Positions 62,593 to 64,000 of a DNA stretch of 64,000 nucleotides are shown in pieces. The stretch is from Candidatus Bathyarchaeota archaeon. GTDB taxonomy: Archaea; Thermoproteota; Bathyarchaeia; Bathyarchaeales; Bathycorpusculaceae. The notes beneath the pieces are model-generated. The model was not told the origin of the DNA, ran no database searches, and was given only the letters and a program-made list of their open reading frames with translations. The stretch covers positions 704,001-768,000 of the forward strand of contig CAVZJV010000014.1 of the NCBI GenBank assembly GCA_963775685.1, in the 5' to 3' direction. A program made the translations under genes and the position numbers. Numbering within the stretch: position 1 is the stretch's first letter; the number at the start of each line of letters is the position of its first letter.

Positions 62593-63303
62593 TTAAGGAT
62601 AGAATTCTGTATCGCCTGGGGAATTATCAGGCAAAGTTATAGCGTTGTACACATTGGAGGCAATAAGATCGGCGCCTTCTGGGTTAGGATGGACCCCATC
62701 CATGAAATAGTCTGAGTGATCACCGAAGGCAGAGTACATATCAAGGATGGATAACCCCATTTGGTCTGCCACGTTCTCAACTTGTGGAATTACGGTACTA
62801 CTAAGGTATGTGTTGTTATATGCTGAGTTTACGCTGAAAATAGGAGGCGACTTAACCACCCAGATCGACTGATTGCCATCAAGGTTCTCAAAAGAGTTAA
62901 CTAGTTGCCTGTAGTCGAATTCGAAATTGTCTTCACTTGGAGCGATGTCTGGGTTAGCATCGTTTGTTCCAAGCATTATGACTACTATTTCTGGATCGAA
63001 TTCCGCTGCTTTCTTAAATGCGGTCTGGTTCATGTAGGGTAAAATGGAATTTAGCGATACTGTAGATCCGCAAACGCCAAAATTCTGCACATTGTAGTTT
63101 GATCCAAGCAGTAGCTGAAGTTTAGCCGGGTATCCGCTTCCTTGAGTTATACTGTCACCCACACATGCAACACGAATTGGTTGAGGCGCAATATCCAATG
63201 CGAAGGTTGTGATTGCAGCCATGCCTGACGCGGCAATCATCACAACGACCACCAAAGTCAACACCTCAATTTTTCCATTCATGCCGTCTTTTTCAACCGT
63301 CAA
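62593..63303 (-). CDS. SGNH/GDSL hydrolase with N-terminal membrane anchor
   Basis: CVGDSIT, NFGVCG, MLGTND, DGVHP. Confidence 0.9.
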   Translation of the reverse strand: MTVEKDGMNGKIEVLTLVVVVMIAASGMAAITTFALDIAPQPIRVACVGDSITQGSGYPAKLQLLLGSNYNVQNFGVCGSTVSLNSILPYMNQTAFKKAAEFDPEIVVIMLGTNDANPDIAPSEDNFEFDYRQLVNSFENLDGNQSIWVVKSPPIFSVNSAYNNTYLSSTVIPQVENVADQMGLSILDMYSAFGDHSDYFMDGVHPNPEGADLIASNVYNAITLPDNSPGDTEFYP

Positions 63304-63421
63304 ATCTACGATGTAGGATTGATTTTACCAAAATGCATCAGTGGTAAATATAAAATTTTAGGCATAAACTACAAGTTTCTTTACATTTACATCTCAAAAA
63401 GCAGGTTGTAATGCGCCAAGG

Positions 63422-63997
63422 CTACTTTGAAAAAAGCGCCTTGTAGATCGCCTCTGCGATTAGTTCAGAGCCCTTGCTGTTTGGGTGAACGCCGTCAGGG
63501 AAGTATTCTGGGTGGTCAACCACAGCTTCATAAACGTTGATTGTTGGCAAACCAGTCTTATTTGCGACTTCTTTTATATAGGGAATTATGGTTTGCTGGT
63601 AGAACTCGGTGCTCAACCCTGTTCCATTGTGCCATATTGGGGGCGGCAAAGCAATCCAGACCTGGGGCATATTCTGAAGAGCTTGAAATTCACCTATTAG
63701 TTTCAAGTAGTCAGCCACAATAGTGGAGTTGTAAATTTTGAAGCTGGGTAAGGCATCGTTGGTCCCCAACATAATGATAACTATATCAGGATTGAATTCC
63801 TTAGCTTCTTGAAAAACTGCCTCATGCACGTAGGGTGTGGCATTTATCGAAATCGTGGTTCCACCATGACCAAAAGCGCCAACTGTATAGTTACGTCCAA
63901 GCAGCATCCAGAGATCGCCAGGATAATCGGACCCCTCCGTTAAGCTGTCGCCCACACATGCTACCCGAATAAGCCCATTAACATTTTTTTTCTGCAT
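63422..63997 (-). CDS. SGNH/GDSL hydrolase (may begin beyond the window edge)
   Basis: CVGDSLT, FGHGG, MLGTND, DGVHP. Confidence 0.88.
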   Translation of the reverse strand: MQKKNVNGLIRVACVGDSLTEGSDYPGDLWMLLGRNYTVGAFGHGGTTISINATPYVHEAVFQEAKEFNPDIVIIMLGTNDALPSFKIYNSTIVADYLKLIGEFQALQNMPQVWIALPPPIWHNGTGLSTEFYQQTIIPYIKEVANKTGLPTINVYEAVVDHPEYFPDGVHPNSKGSELIAEAIYKALFSK

Positions 63998-64000
63998 TTC

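Noticed and set aside
1-64000. CRISPR array, rRNA, IS transposase or reverse transcriptase/DGR
   Set aside because: No regularly spaced repeats, rRNA-like sequence, transposase or RT motifs were seen by eye

Overview
Archaeal chromosomal segment. The gene set (gatD/gatE, Elp3, eS30, RIO2, two Lsm paralogues including the SmAP3 type, archaeosine TGT, PAC2, archaeal TyrRS) points to a TACK archaeon. Frequent TTG starts and several large C-terminally anchored PQQ-type beta-propeller paralogues suggest Bathyarchaeia (inference). About 1-18 kb and 21.8-25.6 kb are housekeeping, including a presenilin-like protease directly behind an archaemetzincin. 18.3-21.6 kb is a frameshifted REC-PAS-histidine kinase. 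25.9-37.5 kb is an eight-gene type IV pilus-like locus: ATPase, platform protein, five pilin/adhesin-like proteins (three without a class III leader) and a prepilin peptidase with an apparent ATT start. 41-52 kb is an accessory zone with three beta-propeller surface proteins, interleaved with fragments that look like a decayed provirus ending in an integrase-like tail next to tRNA-His. 59.9-64 kb holds a GT-C glycosyltransferase, an AT3 acyltransferase and two SGNH genes, resembling a split glycan O-acetylation system. Many genes carry frameshifts or stops, including housekeeping genes, so some pseudogene calls may be consensus errors. All family assignments come from motif recognition by eye; no database search was run.
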